NCBI GenBank assembly: GCA_052327205.1 | Contig: CM126214.1 | Location: 171,554,001 to 171,618,000 of the forward strand | Direction: 5' to 3' | From: Somniosus microcephalus | Taxonomy: Eukaryota | DNA length: 64,000 nucleotides | Shown here: in pieces, positions 52,124-63,890 of the stretch | Layout: each line of letters opens with the position of its first letter | How positions within the stretch are numbered: the stretch's first letter is position 1 | Position numbers and translations under genes: made by a program | The notes under the pieces: model-generated | Databases searched by the model: none | What the model was told of the DNA's origin: nothing | What the model saw: only the letters and a program-made list of their open reading frames with translations

Positions 52124-52438
52124 CTCAATTGGAATGGTACTTGTACACCATTCTAATTTTATATTGTTACCGGCAGACCTCCTGTAGCATTGTTTACACT
52201 TGTCTGCAGCCTGGCGCATGGTTGTGGTGCTAACCCAGAATGCCCCTTGTGGCCAGTGCTCTAAATGGAGTTATTGTAGTTACTTATAAACTGCTGAGGT
52301 CAATCAGAATTTGACGTTCCAGGTCAATGACTGGCTATCTCTCCACTCTACCCGCCGCCCCCCCCCCCAACCCCCCAAGACTGTATTTAAAAAATATAGA
52401 TGGGCATGAAATTTGTGCCTCAGGTTAACATTGAGTTA

Positions 52439-52753
52439 CAGGAAACTTTGTGCTATCTGGCACCGACGGGACCGAGCTGTTGCCGTTCCCTCAAAACTGC
52501 CGGACACTCCAGCTCTAATGTTGAAGCATACGGAGGTTTTCATCTCCGTATCTGACAACAAACGCTGTTGCTTCTAAACAGTCGGCTGCAGCTGCAAGCG
52601 TCTCTAGCTGAAGCTGTTGCTATAGCTACAGACCTTGCAGTGCCTGACTGGGGGGGGGGAAAAAAGCAACGAAAAGAAAAAAACGGCTCCTGATTTTTGC
52701 TGGTGGCTCGAGCTTGCCGGACATTTAGCCTCCAGATAACACAAAGTTTCCTG
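52439..52753. mobile_element. MITE subfamily B, copy 5 (reverse orientation)
   Basis: TA|CAGGAAACTTTGTG...CACAAAGTTTCCTG|TA. Confidence 0.9.
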
Positions 52754-52948
52754 TACCAATATTATAAGTTGATTTTTTTAAAATGACAGTGCCTTGAAAA
52801 GTGTAATGTGGGCAAGGTACACTTCTTCATGATTGAAGATAATGCAATTTAGGCAGATGACGTTTCCTTGTTTGGAGTGAAGCAGCAGTATTTAATTTTA
52901 CAGTGTTGAATTATCCGCATTACATATTTGTTTCTTTATGCCTTGCAG

Positions 52949-53097
52949 AGAAGTCTGAACCTGAAAGATGGCCCAAATAATGCAGTGTTCAGCGTGACAA
53001 CTCAATATCAGGGAACCTGCCGATGTGAAGGTACCATTTACCTCTGGAACTGGGATGATCAGGTTATTATATCCGATATTGATGGGACAATAACAAA
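52949..53097 (+). CDS. LPIN3: Lipin coding exon 14 (catalytic DIDGT, HAD motif I)
   Basis: ttgcag|[49 protein letters not shown] aa|gtaagt, 149 nt. Confidence 0.97.
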
Positions 53098-53220
53098 GTA
53101 AGTGTGCCTGTACCCATAGTTACTTTTGCTGAAGTATGTGTTCATTAAACTAAATTTATAACTTCCTAGGGATCCACATCTAATTTTATAATTGAAGATC
53201 ATATTTTGCTTTTGATGGTA

Positions 53221-53553
53221 CAGGAAACTTTGTGCTATCCGGAGGTGAGCTATCCGGCAATCTGGAGCCACCGGCAAAAATCAGCAGCCGTTTTTTATTC
53301 TTTTTGTTTGTTCAAACAAAGCAAAAAAAAAAGTCAAGCTGTGCAAGGTCTGTAGCTATAGCAACAGCTTCAGCTACAGAGCTTTAGGGCCACACCCAAG
53401 TGTTTAGAAGCTGTTGCTAAGCAACAGTGTTTGTTGTCAAATACGGAGATAAGAATCTCTGTATCTCTCAACATTAACTCTGGAGAGTACGGCAGTTTTG
53501 AGGCAACGGCAGCAGCTCGGTCCCGTGGGTGCCGGATAGCACAAAGTTTCCTG
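53221..53553. mobile_element. MITE subfamily B, copy 6 (forward orientation)
   Basis: Perfect 22-bp TIR caggaaactttgtgctatccgg, with TA flanks. Confidence 0.9.
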
Positions 53554-54478
53554 TAATGTGAATTAAGTCTACCCCTTTCCATGCTGAGAAAAAAGATGAA
53601 CAGTTCATGAACCCTATTCCAACATTTGCAAAATAGAATTAGTCACTTATTTGTACCAATTGAGAAATATAGTGAAGCCCACATAAATGCACAGTTTGGT
53701 TAATTGCGCACTTCTTTGGAGTCCTAATTCTTTTACCTTTTGCTAGATGTCAAGTATTCTGGTTAAATGCAGTTTAAAGCATATGCTATATAAGTGCACA
53801 GATTTTCATAGCTTTTGATGGGCCATTCACTCACCTAAATTTACAGATTCTAATTTCATCAGCCCAGTGTCTCCTGAAGAGAAAATAACTAATATCTGCA
53901 TTACTTTGTATTAAAAGATGAGCCTACCTGAGGTATTGATAACTCTGCTTAAAAGCGCTTAGAGATCCAGCAATTGCGATACTTCTGAGCAGTTGCTTGA
54001 GAAATTAGTACTCAGTCTGTTTTAAGAGTAGACCATTGCCAGGATTTCGCGGTCAGTGGCGAACTAACGGCGCTAGCCATGCATTACACTTGCCCACAGA
54101 CTTTCTGTGGGCTTTTGCACTGCGACTTGCGGTATTAGAAATCCGAAACAAAGCAGCACCCTCTACAGGGGATCTGGGGCCTGTGTGAACAGGTCAAGCA
54201 ACGGTGTGTCTCCTCAACCAATCAGATTGAAGAACCTTACTGCGATACGCAGAGTCTAAACCAGCAAGTGTCAGTTAGAATATTTAATTCAATGCCAAAT
54301 CATGTACAGAAAGCAAAATAAAGAGAGGGAAAGAAAGATAGGATTAAGGGAGAGAGATAAAAGAAACAAAGAATAAGTAAAGATTAAAAAAAATTATTTA
54401 AGCTTTTTAAATCTCCACACTTTTAAAGTACATTTTCAATGCCAGAGAGGTTGATTGGCAGTAATTGAGACTTATTAC

Positions 54479-54601
54479 TAATGTTCCCCTTATTTTTTTT
54501 TTGGGTGTGCAGCCCATTCACAGTTTCATGCATGCTTTGGAAAGGCTGGTCCCGGGCTGCGCGGGACCGGCAGAGAGCTGGGCTGCTTAGAGGGGACATT
54601 G
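54479..54601. mobile_element. hAT-type MITE
   Basis: taatgttcccctta...ttagaggggacattg with 8-bp flanks cttattac and cttatcac. Confidence 0.7.
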
Positions 54602-54704
54602 CTTATCACGCCGATAAAAATTCACTTACACTTGAATGGATAAGCCCTAACTTTATTGGATGTGTTTAGTGGGCAAGTACCGCAAACTCACGCTCTTCCA
54701 CGTA

Positions 54705-55026
54705 CAGGAAACTTTCTGATATCCGGCACTGACTGGACCGAGTTGGTGCCGGACATACCAGCGTTAATGTTGAAACATACGGAACTGAAAAGCTCCGTGT
54801 GAATCAACAAACCCTGTTGCTTAGCAACAGCTTCCAAACAGTCGGCTGCAGCTGCAAGCGTCTCTAGCTGAAGCTGTTGCTATAGCTACAGACCTTGCAG
54901 TGCCTGACTGGGGGGAAAAAAAAAGCAACGAGAACTAAAAAAAAACTTACAGAAAACGGCTCCTGATTTTTGCCATTAGATCGAGTATTCCGGACATATA
55001 ACCTCCGGATAAACCAAAGTTTCCTG
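54705..55026. mobile_element. MITE subfamily B, copy 7 (near-identical reverse complement of copy 4)
   Basis: TA|CAGGAAACTTT...AAAGTTTCCTG|TA. Confidence 0.9.
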
Positions 55027-56571
55027 TATGTGAATGCCGAGTCTCTCAGCACGATACTGTTAGAGCAAAGCAACTCGGACAGCAGCTTCCTGATTTCCAC
55101 GTTTAACTATGCATGCAGGCGCCAGAGTTGCTGTCCGATTTACTCCATAATAATGGTGAGTGCCGATAACCTCACCGTTCTTACTGCAAATCCGGGCCTA
55201 TGCTAAATTCAAAAGTATTTTTACATTGGTGTTTATTTAGTTTAGATCCCACCTGTGTCTGTGAGCAGGCTCCCCATGTTTTCACTGCTAAAATCCTTAT
55301 TCCCTCCATAATCTCCAGTGAGTCAAGCTGTTCTTCAGGATCTGTTCACTTCATAGCTGAGATGCACTCTTGGTTGTGTCGCTGTTCTTCTTTCTCTTCA
55401 CGTCACCCCTGCTCGAGCCAGGTACTCTGACTGATGCTTGTTGTTTCCTTCACGTGTTGTTTTAATTGAGTGGTTCTGCTGTTTAAATTGAGAACCGAGT
55501 GTTGTCGTGAATGAACGGAACAAGTCGCTTCATTAAAAGGAGTCTCTGACTGCTCCTGCTTTTTTATGGTGTTGTGCCTATCTTGTTTTTCAAGAAAATA
55601 AGGGGCATTGGTTGACTTTACTTTATGTAAATTTTGCATGCATGTCTACCCTGAAAAAAGCTGCTGGTTTCACATGACTTGTAGACATTCACTCAGTGAA
55701 ACCTTGATTTGATCACTTTGATTTAATGCAAGATTTAATTGGAAAATCAACACCAGCACAGTTTGGTGCACTGGTTTTGCTGTAATTTTAAGAAGGCTTC
55801 ATAGTAAATTATTAATCCAATGGCAGGTGGTTATTCCATTTTTTAACCACTATGTTACTGAATTACTCTGGTTCCCACTAGTTTTTGCAAAGTGATTGGA
55901 CAGATTTGAAAATTCTGAAATGCACATTCCTTTAAAATGCAGCTTGCAGCAGTTAACTCTAAGGACACAGTCTCCAGCAGCCAGCACATGGTGTGCTTCA
56001 GTGCACTTTGTCATGGAATAATGACTCCCAATACAACAAGTTCTTCATTTCAGCTGTGCTGGAGGCAAAGAAGCAGCAGATTAGAGGTTAGGCAATTTTT
56101 CACTGGTAAAGCTCGAGCGAACTGGAGGAGAGTGACCCAGTTCTACTTGCAGCCGCTCGTGTTGAGCATTTAAAAAGGGGCATTGATGCCCAGGGAACAA
56201 GCCCAGGCCCACATTTCTGGCTGAGCGGTGGTGCACAGTGCAAGGAAGAAGATTGGAGCACAGAAATATACAAAGTAACCTAGTCAAACAAAAATATCAT
56301 TAGTTAGTTCTTCAGTACAGTAAATAAGGGCATGATTTTCCTACAAACAGCAGCAAGGAGTGATGCTGCTGCTGGAAACATTTTTTAAACTCGTGTAAAA
56401 TAGCAGTAAATCCCCATGTGACCACCTTGGAGAGAATTCTGCCTCAGTCCCCATGTAGACAATTTGTGCTTTGATCCACTTGTGTTCTGAACTCGGATGC
56501 CGTTGAACCATGTTTCAGTGAAATACTGAATGTACATGTTTAATACCAGTGATTCTTTTGTGTGTTTCCAG

Positions 56572-56658
56572 ATCCGATGCTTTGGGCCATATTTTGCCAC
56601 AGCTGGGAAAGGATTGGACCCACCAGGGCATTGCAAAACTCTACCACAAAATACACCA
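56572..56658 (+). CDS. LPIN3: Lipin coding exon 15 (LxxIL motif)
   Basis: ttccag|a [28 protein letters not shown] ca|gtatgt, 87 nt. Confidence 0.97.
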
Positions 56659-56849
56659 GTATGTATTTACATCTGTTCAACATCATTCAACAGAAAATAG
56701 TAAATGCTCAATCACCACTTTTGGTGACCCTTTCAATTTTTCCCTGTTAAACAGCAGTTCCTGCTGAAGTATAGCTTTACAGGTGGTGTTGGCCCTCCTG
56801 TGCTGTTCAAGTGAGTATTGATGGGTTAGTGCACCATGGAAACCATGCT

Positions 56850-57430
56850 CAAGTGTTTGAGCTTCCAACCCCATATCCTCTCCATCACCAAGACCGCTTA
56901 CTTCCACCTTTATAACATCACCTGTCTCTGCCCCGCCTGCTGCTGAACCCCTCATCCATGCCTTTGTTACCTACAGACTCAACTATTCCAAAGCTCTCCT
57001 TGCCGGCCTCTGTAAACTTGAGCTCGTCCAAAATTCTGCTGCCCATATCCTAACTCGCGCCAAGTACGGTTCACCCATCATCCCTGTGCTCGCTGACCTA
57101 CGTCGGCTCATTGTCCAGCCAACGCCTTGATTTTAAAATTCTCATCCTTGTTTTCAAATCCCTCCATGGCCTCGCCCATCCCCATCTCTGTAACCTCCTC
57201 CAGCCCTACAACCTTCCCAGGTCTCTGTGTTCCTCCTATTCTGGCCTTTTGCGCATCTTCAATTTCCTCGCTCCACATTTGGCAGCTGTGCCTTCAGCTC
57301 ACTTGGCCCTAAGCTCTGGAATTCCCTCCCTAAACCTCTTTCCCTCTCTACCTCTCCTCCTTTAAGTCACTCCTAAAAACGTACCTCTTTGACCAAGCTT
57401 TTGGTCACCTGTCCTAATATCTCTTTATGT
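56850..57430 (+). mobile_element. L2-clade LINE 3' fragment
   Basis: LIHAFVTYRLNY, LVQNSAA, DFKILILVFKSLHGLA, LWNSLP. Confidence 0.8.
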
Positions 57431-57778
57431 GGAAGCCAGGCTTGTGGGATTTAAAATGGAATGGGGGACTTGCCCACTCCTTTCCTGTCCCAATGTGGCC
57501 GTCTGCAGTTTTAAATTGCAGGCAGCAAGGACACCTGCCCAAGAGGTTGGGTCCTCTTTAAATACGCAGATCGGGCTCTGTTGACGTCATCGGAGCCCGA
57601 TGTTATTTTAACCTGAGACCGGAGCAGGGGAGCAGTGGTGGTTTCCCCGCCAGGCAAAACCTGCCAGGAACAGCAGCCAGAGCCAGAAAAGGCCCAGTTA
57701 GGTAAATTTGTAAAAAAAAAAATCAGTTTCCTAAAATGACATCTTAGGTGATTAATGACATAAATAGTACCCCGATTG

Positions 57779-58949
57779 AGGGTGAGATGGAGCATTGCAG
57801 CAAGGAAGATCGAGAAGAGCGTTGGTCTCAATCTTCCTTGCTGCAATGCTTCATCTCACTCTCAGTAAGCTCCCCACTGGAGTGGAGCTAATTTACAGAA
57901 TAAATGGGAAACTGTTCAACCTCCGTCGCCTCCAGTCCAGATCCAAGGTCGTCCCATCCTCTGTCGTTGAATTACAGTATGCAGACGACGCTTGCATCTG
58001 CGCTCACTCGGAGGTCGAACTCCAAACCATCGTCAACACCTTTACCAAATCGTACGAGAGCATGGGCCTTATACTAAACATCCGTAAGACAAAGGTCCTC
58101 TAACAACCTGCCCCCGCCACACAGTACTGCCCCCCGATTATCAAAATCCACGACAAGGCCTTGGACAACGTGGACCACTTTCCATACCTCGGGAACCTAC
58201 TGTCAACAATGGCAGACGTCGACGACGAAGTCCAACACCACCTTCAGTGTGCCAGTGCAGCCTTCGGTCGCCTGAGGAAGAGAGTGTTTGAAGACCAGGA
58301 CTGCAAACCCGGCACTAAGCTCATGGTCTACAGAGCAGCAGTGATACCTGCCCTGCTGTATGCCTCAGAGACATGGACCATGTACAGCAGGCACCTCAAA
58401 GCACTGGAGAGGTGCCACCGACGCTGCCTCCGCAAGATCCTGCTAATCCATTGGCAGGATAGGTGCACCAATGTCAGTGTTCTTGCTCAGGCCAGCATCG
58501 AAGCTTTGACCACACTCGATCAGCTCCGATGGACAGGTCACATTGTCCGCATGCCCGATACGAGACTCCCAAAACAAGCGCTCTACTCGGAGCTCCGGCA
58601 CGGCAAGAGAGCCCCAGGTGGGCAGAGGAAACGCTTCAAGGATACCCTCAAAGCCTCCTTGGAAAAAGTGTAACATCCCCATCGACACCTGGGAATCCCT
58701 GGCCCAAGACCGCACAAAGTGGAGGAAAAGCATCCGGGAAGGCGCCGAACACCTCGAGTCTCTTCGCCGGGAGCAAGCGCAAGGAGCGCACGTCCACCCA
58801 AGCACCCCACCCACCCGCCCCTTCAACCACCATCTGCCCCACCTGTGACAGAGACTGTAGGTCCCGCATTGGACTCATCAGTCACCTGAGAACTCATTTT
58901 TAATGTGGAGGCAAGTCATCCTTGGCTCCGAGGGACTGACTAAGAAAGA
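57779..58949 (+). mobile_element. RTE-clade LINE, 5'-truncated with a short 5' inverted duplication
   Basis: ELQYADD, FPYLG, KLMVYRAAVIPALLY, CPTCDRDCRSRIGLISHLRTH; 13-bp TSD agtaccccgattg at 57766-57778 and 58950-58962. Confidence 0.9.
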
Positions 58950-59787
58950 AGTACCCCGATTGCCATTTTAGGTAGGAACTGGTCAGTGCACAGTGGAAAA
59001 AAAAATTGTTGTAAACTCAGACCTTGGTTTAAAAAAAAAATCAGTCATCTTACCAAACTGTAGGACTGTATAGGTGTTACTGTTATCAGTGAATGAACTA
59101 AATTAAGATGGCATCCAAGTGTAGTTGACGGAGAGTGAGAATTGAGAGAGATTTTGTGCATAATGTGTATTTTTTAGATTCCACCACCAGGTGGTGCTGC
59201 AGTATTGTTTCAAATGATGTAAGAACATTTCAGTCTAAACTTATGTTTTATTTATAGCTTCTGCTAACTAGGTTTCAGTAAAGTTTGTGTGCTGCATTTT
59301 GCAATATGGATTCCTGACTCATTTAACTGCTGATAATTTTGATCAATAATTTGGCTACTGGATGTTTTATTTTGAAGTTAGTTTATTTCTTGTCCAAAAA
59401 TATAGAACCAACAAAATACCTTGTTTCGTAAAGCTAAAGGGCTAGATTTTCCACTCGCTCAGTCAATGGGCAGAACATTTAGTTTAGAATGCCTATAAAC
59501 ACTCTTTAAGGAACATCAGTAAATGATCTACAGTCAACTGTTAATTCAAAGTTGCTTTCCTGTGTGAAAAAAATTAATTACCCAGTAATTAGATTTAAGC
59601 AATTGGAATAAAATAGCCCTGGAAGCTGTGAAATTCAATTTCAAATTATCCAGTAGTTTAACTTTAGCAACTGAATTAACAGCATAGACTGTATTTGCTT
59701 GATTTATCTTTGAGATGGTTTCTAGTTTAGTTTGTTGAGGTAATACAGTCTTTAAAATATAATCTTGTCTGTTTGGGCTGTAATTTG

Positions 59788-59935
59788 ACATAAGAACATA
59801 AGCATTAGGAGCAGGAGTAGGCCATATGGCCCTTTGAGCCTGTTCCGCCATTTCAATAAGATCATGGCTGATCTTCGACCTCAACTCCACTTTCCCGCCC
59901 GATCCCCATATCCCTCGATTCCCCTAGAGTCCAAA
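59788..59935 (-). mobile_element. CR1 3' end fragment
   Basis: acataagaacataag...ggagcaggagtaggcc...aagatcatggctgatc. Confidence 0.8.
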
Positions 59936-61583
59936 ACAGCTTGTATGATGCTGATGCGCAAGTTACACAGCTTATTTTTAATATTTTTGCTAGTTCAATG
60001 GATATGTGAAGTGAAGTTAAACTACTTTACCCCTGTAAATTTCAATAGGTAACACGTGTGGTTTGAAATCTTCAAACGTGAACAATATCTGGTTTGCTCG
60101 TGACTCTCATTCTTTCTGTAGCTGCCAAGGCCATGCTGACATTTAGGAAGCACAGAAACTATTGCAGTGAATCATTTGTCAAAAAGCTAGGGTAGCAGCT
60201 CACTGTGTGATAAAGGTTTATAGCTAACAAGTTTCCATTTGTTTTTCTCTTGTTGACGTGAGGTTTGTGTTTTTTGCACGGGTCCGAGGGAAAAATCTTG
60301 TCTAGCATCAACCCCCATTTTTGGCCTGTGCACAAAATGTTAGCTCCCAGTTTCTTGTGCTCATGGAACAGTAAGCTAGATTTCTGCCACTTGATGTGCA
60401 GGCAATTAAGTGAGCTGTAGTGAGTTATTTCCTGTCACAGTTCACCACTGGGCCATTCTGCAGACTGGAACCTCACACCTTGTGAATTTTAGTTATTTCT
60501 AGGGGGAAAAACATTGAAAAGTTAGTGGAACTGATAAAAGCTCAAATCATTGAAGCACTGAATGCTGCTATGTTGTGTCCATCAGATACTCAGTATCAGT
60601 TCAGTTTTCCCCCTTCTCCCCATCTAGGGGCAAAATCTTTCAAGAGTGTGGTTCTGCGTGTTTGTCAAAGTAATGAAAGCCCATGCTCTGTTTTGTAGGC
60701 ATTGTGACAAATGTTTCTGTTTAGAAAAGTAATGCGGTTTGTTAACGTTGGGAAATGAGACACTTTTCAATGCAATTGAAACTCAATTCCAGGTCAGTCA
60801 ACACTGCCCAGCAATTAACCCCTACCAATGGCCAATTTTGTATCTTTTCTGTTGTGGAGTAGCGGAGTTTCAACTGAGGTGAAATTTCCCGAATTCATTC
60901 CACATAGCATTTTGTAGACAGAATGAAAGTCATCCATCTCTCTCTATCGCCTGTAGGTGGAGTTGACTTTCATTCCCTCACTCGAGGTGGAGTTGATCTT
61001 CATTCTGAGGTGGAAAGGCAGTGTGCTGACACTCCACAGCGTTCAGTCTTATTTAATGTATCCATCCTTGAAATGAATGAAATATGTAGCATTGAATAGT
61101 ACAGGACAGAAACAGGCAATTAGGCCAATCAAGTCTGCGCAGATGTTTTTCTCCTAGTCAAATCCCGCTCCTCTGTTAAAACTTTCACAAAATGATCAGA
61201 GTCCACAATAAAAGTTCCTGAAGTTCGAAGCCACAAATATTTATTAGCAGTGAGAATTTCTTATCTTTCTTTGTCATTCCCTTTGTCTTTGCAGGGTTCC
61301 ATATATAATGTTTTTAGTGAGTTGGTTGACAGAGCGGTGTCATGCACAGCTCTCATTGTCAAAAATGTGGAGAGTTTTAAAAAAAACTGATTTTCTATTT
61401 GGGAGATGAATTAATCCAAATGTTTCTACCCTGAGGCTTAATATGCTAGTAAATTTACTGAAATCATGCCATATTTTATTAAGTACCTAGTCCACATAAA
61501 ATAAATTGTAGTTATGGCAATTATGCAAGACAACGGTGAAGAATACCATTGTCATTGATCGTATTGTTTGACTTTTTATACAG

Positions 61584-61736
61584 GAATGGCTACAAATTTC
61601 TTTACTGCTCTGCCCGTGCAATAGGAATGGCAGATATAACCAGAGGATACTTGCACTGGGTTAATGACAGAGGTACTGTACTTCCCAGAGGACCCCTCCT
61701 GCTGGCTCCCAGTAGTTTGTTTTCAGCATTACACAG
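61584..61736 (+). CDS. LPIN3: Lipin coding exon 16
   Basis: tacag|g [50 protein letters not shown] ag|gtaatg, 153 nt. Confidence 0.97.
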
Positions 61737-63142
61737 GTAATGATTCTTTTCAGTATTAATATATTTCATGAATAGCAAAGTTGCCATCATTTATCTATGC
61801 CTGCAAATCTAATTGGGTTTTAAGCATCACTTAAGCTTCATGGTGCAGACACATTTAAAGAGGAAAATTCCTACATGTGTTTACACTTCAAATAAAAACT
61901 GTTCTGACTTTTATATTGTCACAGCAGACTTTATGAAAAATCTGCCTATTTGACGAATTCACGATTACTTGTAGCAGGGGAAATCTTGACACTTGCCAAC
62001 TGAAGTCGGCCACAGACTATGGCAGCAAACACCCCTATTGATTCAACCAGGGCTTATCTCTTCCAGTTTTCCGAAGATCTCGATCATTAAATAACCACAG
62101 TGGCTGACAGAGTTGTTTGATGATAACTTGGGATCTCCACATGGGTGTAGCATTGTGCTGCTAACCTTTGCTTGTAGGTAGTAAAATGAGTTTTTCCTTT
62201 TTTTGCCCTTTCAGAAATGCAATTTTCAATCTTTTCTTAAAAATAAAATCGAATGGAAAAACTGTACTGAACTTGCAATACTTGCATCCTCTTGATTTTT
62301 GCACATCAATCATTTTACATTTTATTGACGACGCTGCTGGGAATGCCAGTGACTTGCTTTTTCCAGTGTCTTTTAATTCCAAACAATAAGTTATTCTATA
62401 ACTCCACTTCATCTCACATGTAGATAGTGGGGGTTAAATTGGGCTGCGTAGCGCCAGTTTTTCAGGCGCTATGTGGTCTCCTAAGGCCCCAAATCGCGGG
62501 CAAGTAGTGCGCGCACACATCCAACTGGAAGTGCGTCGTCCGCCATATTGGATGAGGACAAACAAGAGGCGTCCTTTACCCATGCCTGAAGCAGGCATTG
62601 GGCCGTTTGCATGTGCAAATAAGGGCCCTAGCACCTACTCCAGGTCCTCACTCCAACATTGGCTCCATGCTGGCTGCCTCAGGGAAAACCAGCCCTAAAC
62701 ATCGCCTACATAAAAAAAGGTAAGTACTGACCACAATCACCATCCGATCATTGCCGCTCCCAGTCCCAAGATCGCTGACCTCCAGGCCCCTCGATCTCTC
62801 ATCGCTCTCCCTGCAACCCCCCCCCCCCCCCCCCGATTCCCGATCTTACTCCCCCTCCCCCACCCCCCGATCCCAACCCACAGCAAACTGCTCATTTGGT
62901 TTGTATAAAACTTATTACAGCACGTTACCTCATTTGGTTTGTATAAACCTTATTGCAGCACGTTACAAAAAGTGTTGCCCGGTTAATGCCTTCTTGAATA
63001 ATGTTTTTAAAAATGCAGTAATGGATCATTTTAATTGGCACAGTCTGTATTTTACACACATTTATTTGGAAAATAGAAAAAATCTTGCAATAATACAGTT
63101 CGATTAAAATGCCAAAAACTTCTTGTTTCTTCTGTTTTTCAG

Positions 63143-63257
63143 GGAAGTAATTGAGAAGAAACCAGAAGTGTTCAAAATTCATTGCTTGAATGACATCCGG
63201 AATCTATTTAATCCACATAGGTGTCCATTTTATGCTGCTTTTGGAAACCGGACTAAT
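63143..63257 (+). CDS. LPIN3: Lipin coding exon 17
   Basis: tttcag|g [38 protein letters not shown]|gtaagt, 115 nt; KKPEVFK resembles lipin-3. Confidence 0.97.
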
Positions 63258-63786
63258 GTAAGTGAAGTGTCTTTTGAAGTAAGAGCTGGATGCATAAGCA
63301 AACAATCTTGCAATTAAATACCGTTTTAATCCTATTTCTGCCATTTTCTATGCCATCTGCCCCGTACATATACCGCTCATCACAGTAAAAACCTCTGGAG
63401 ACAGGCTGGGCGGGTTATCCTCGCTGTGGATTTCTCAGGACATTGGTGTCCTATGACCAGTTGACAGGAAATGGACAGTGTTGGTTATTCCATCAAGGTG
63501 GAATATTCATACCGTGCTTGCTAAGAGTTGATAAAACATCACAATTGAAGCCAGCAAATTTCATGCGTCAGGCAAGTCTGAGGCTTGGATTTGTATCATT
63601 TTAACAGTACAGTTGGCACTGTTTTTGCTAACCTGCCTGGCCAGTGTGATTCAAAAGCTGACTTCTGAAAGCTTTTCTTTGTGCTGAAGGATCATGAATA
63701 AAGCTAAAATTCTTGGAATTTCTTTAAATCTGATGTCATTTCTTGAAACGTTTGTGGTGACTTTTTTTGTTGATATTCAATTGCAG

Positions 63787-63890
63787 GATGCTTATGCATA
63801 TAAAGTCGTCAGGGTCAAAGAAAGCAGGATTTTCATAGTGAACCCCAAAGGAGAATTAATTCAGGAACAAACCAAGAGCAACAAGTCATC
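63787..63890 (+). CDS. LPIN3: Lipin coding exon 18 (penultimate; final exon outside the window)
   Basis: ttgcag|[34 protein letters not shown] tc|gtaagt, 104 nt. Confidence 0.95.

Larger units (their letters stand above)
54038..55198 (-). mobile_element. Family C element, copy 2 (contains a hAT MITE and MITE copy 7)
   Basis: Ends gccaggatttcgc...gcaaatccgggcc; reverse complement aligns to 51334-52123. Confidence 0.75.

Noticed and set aside
62890-62966. Short tandem duplications (also ~44987-45034 and ~46236-46300)
   Set aside because: Ordinary slippage duplications in introns with no functional sign.
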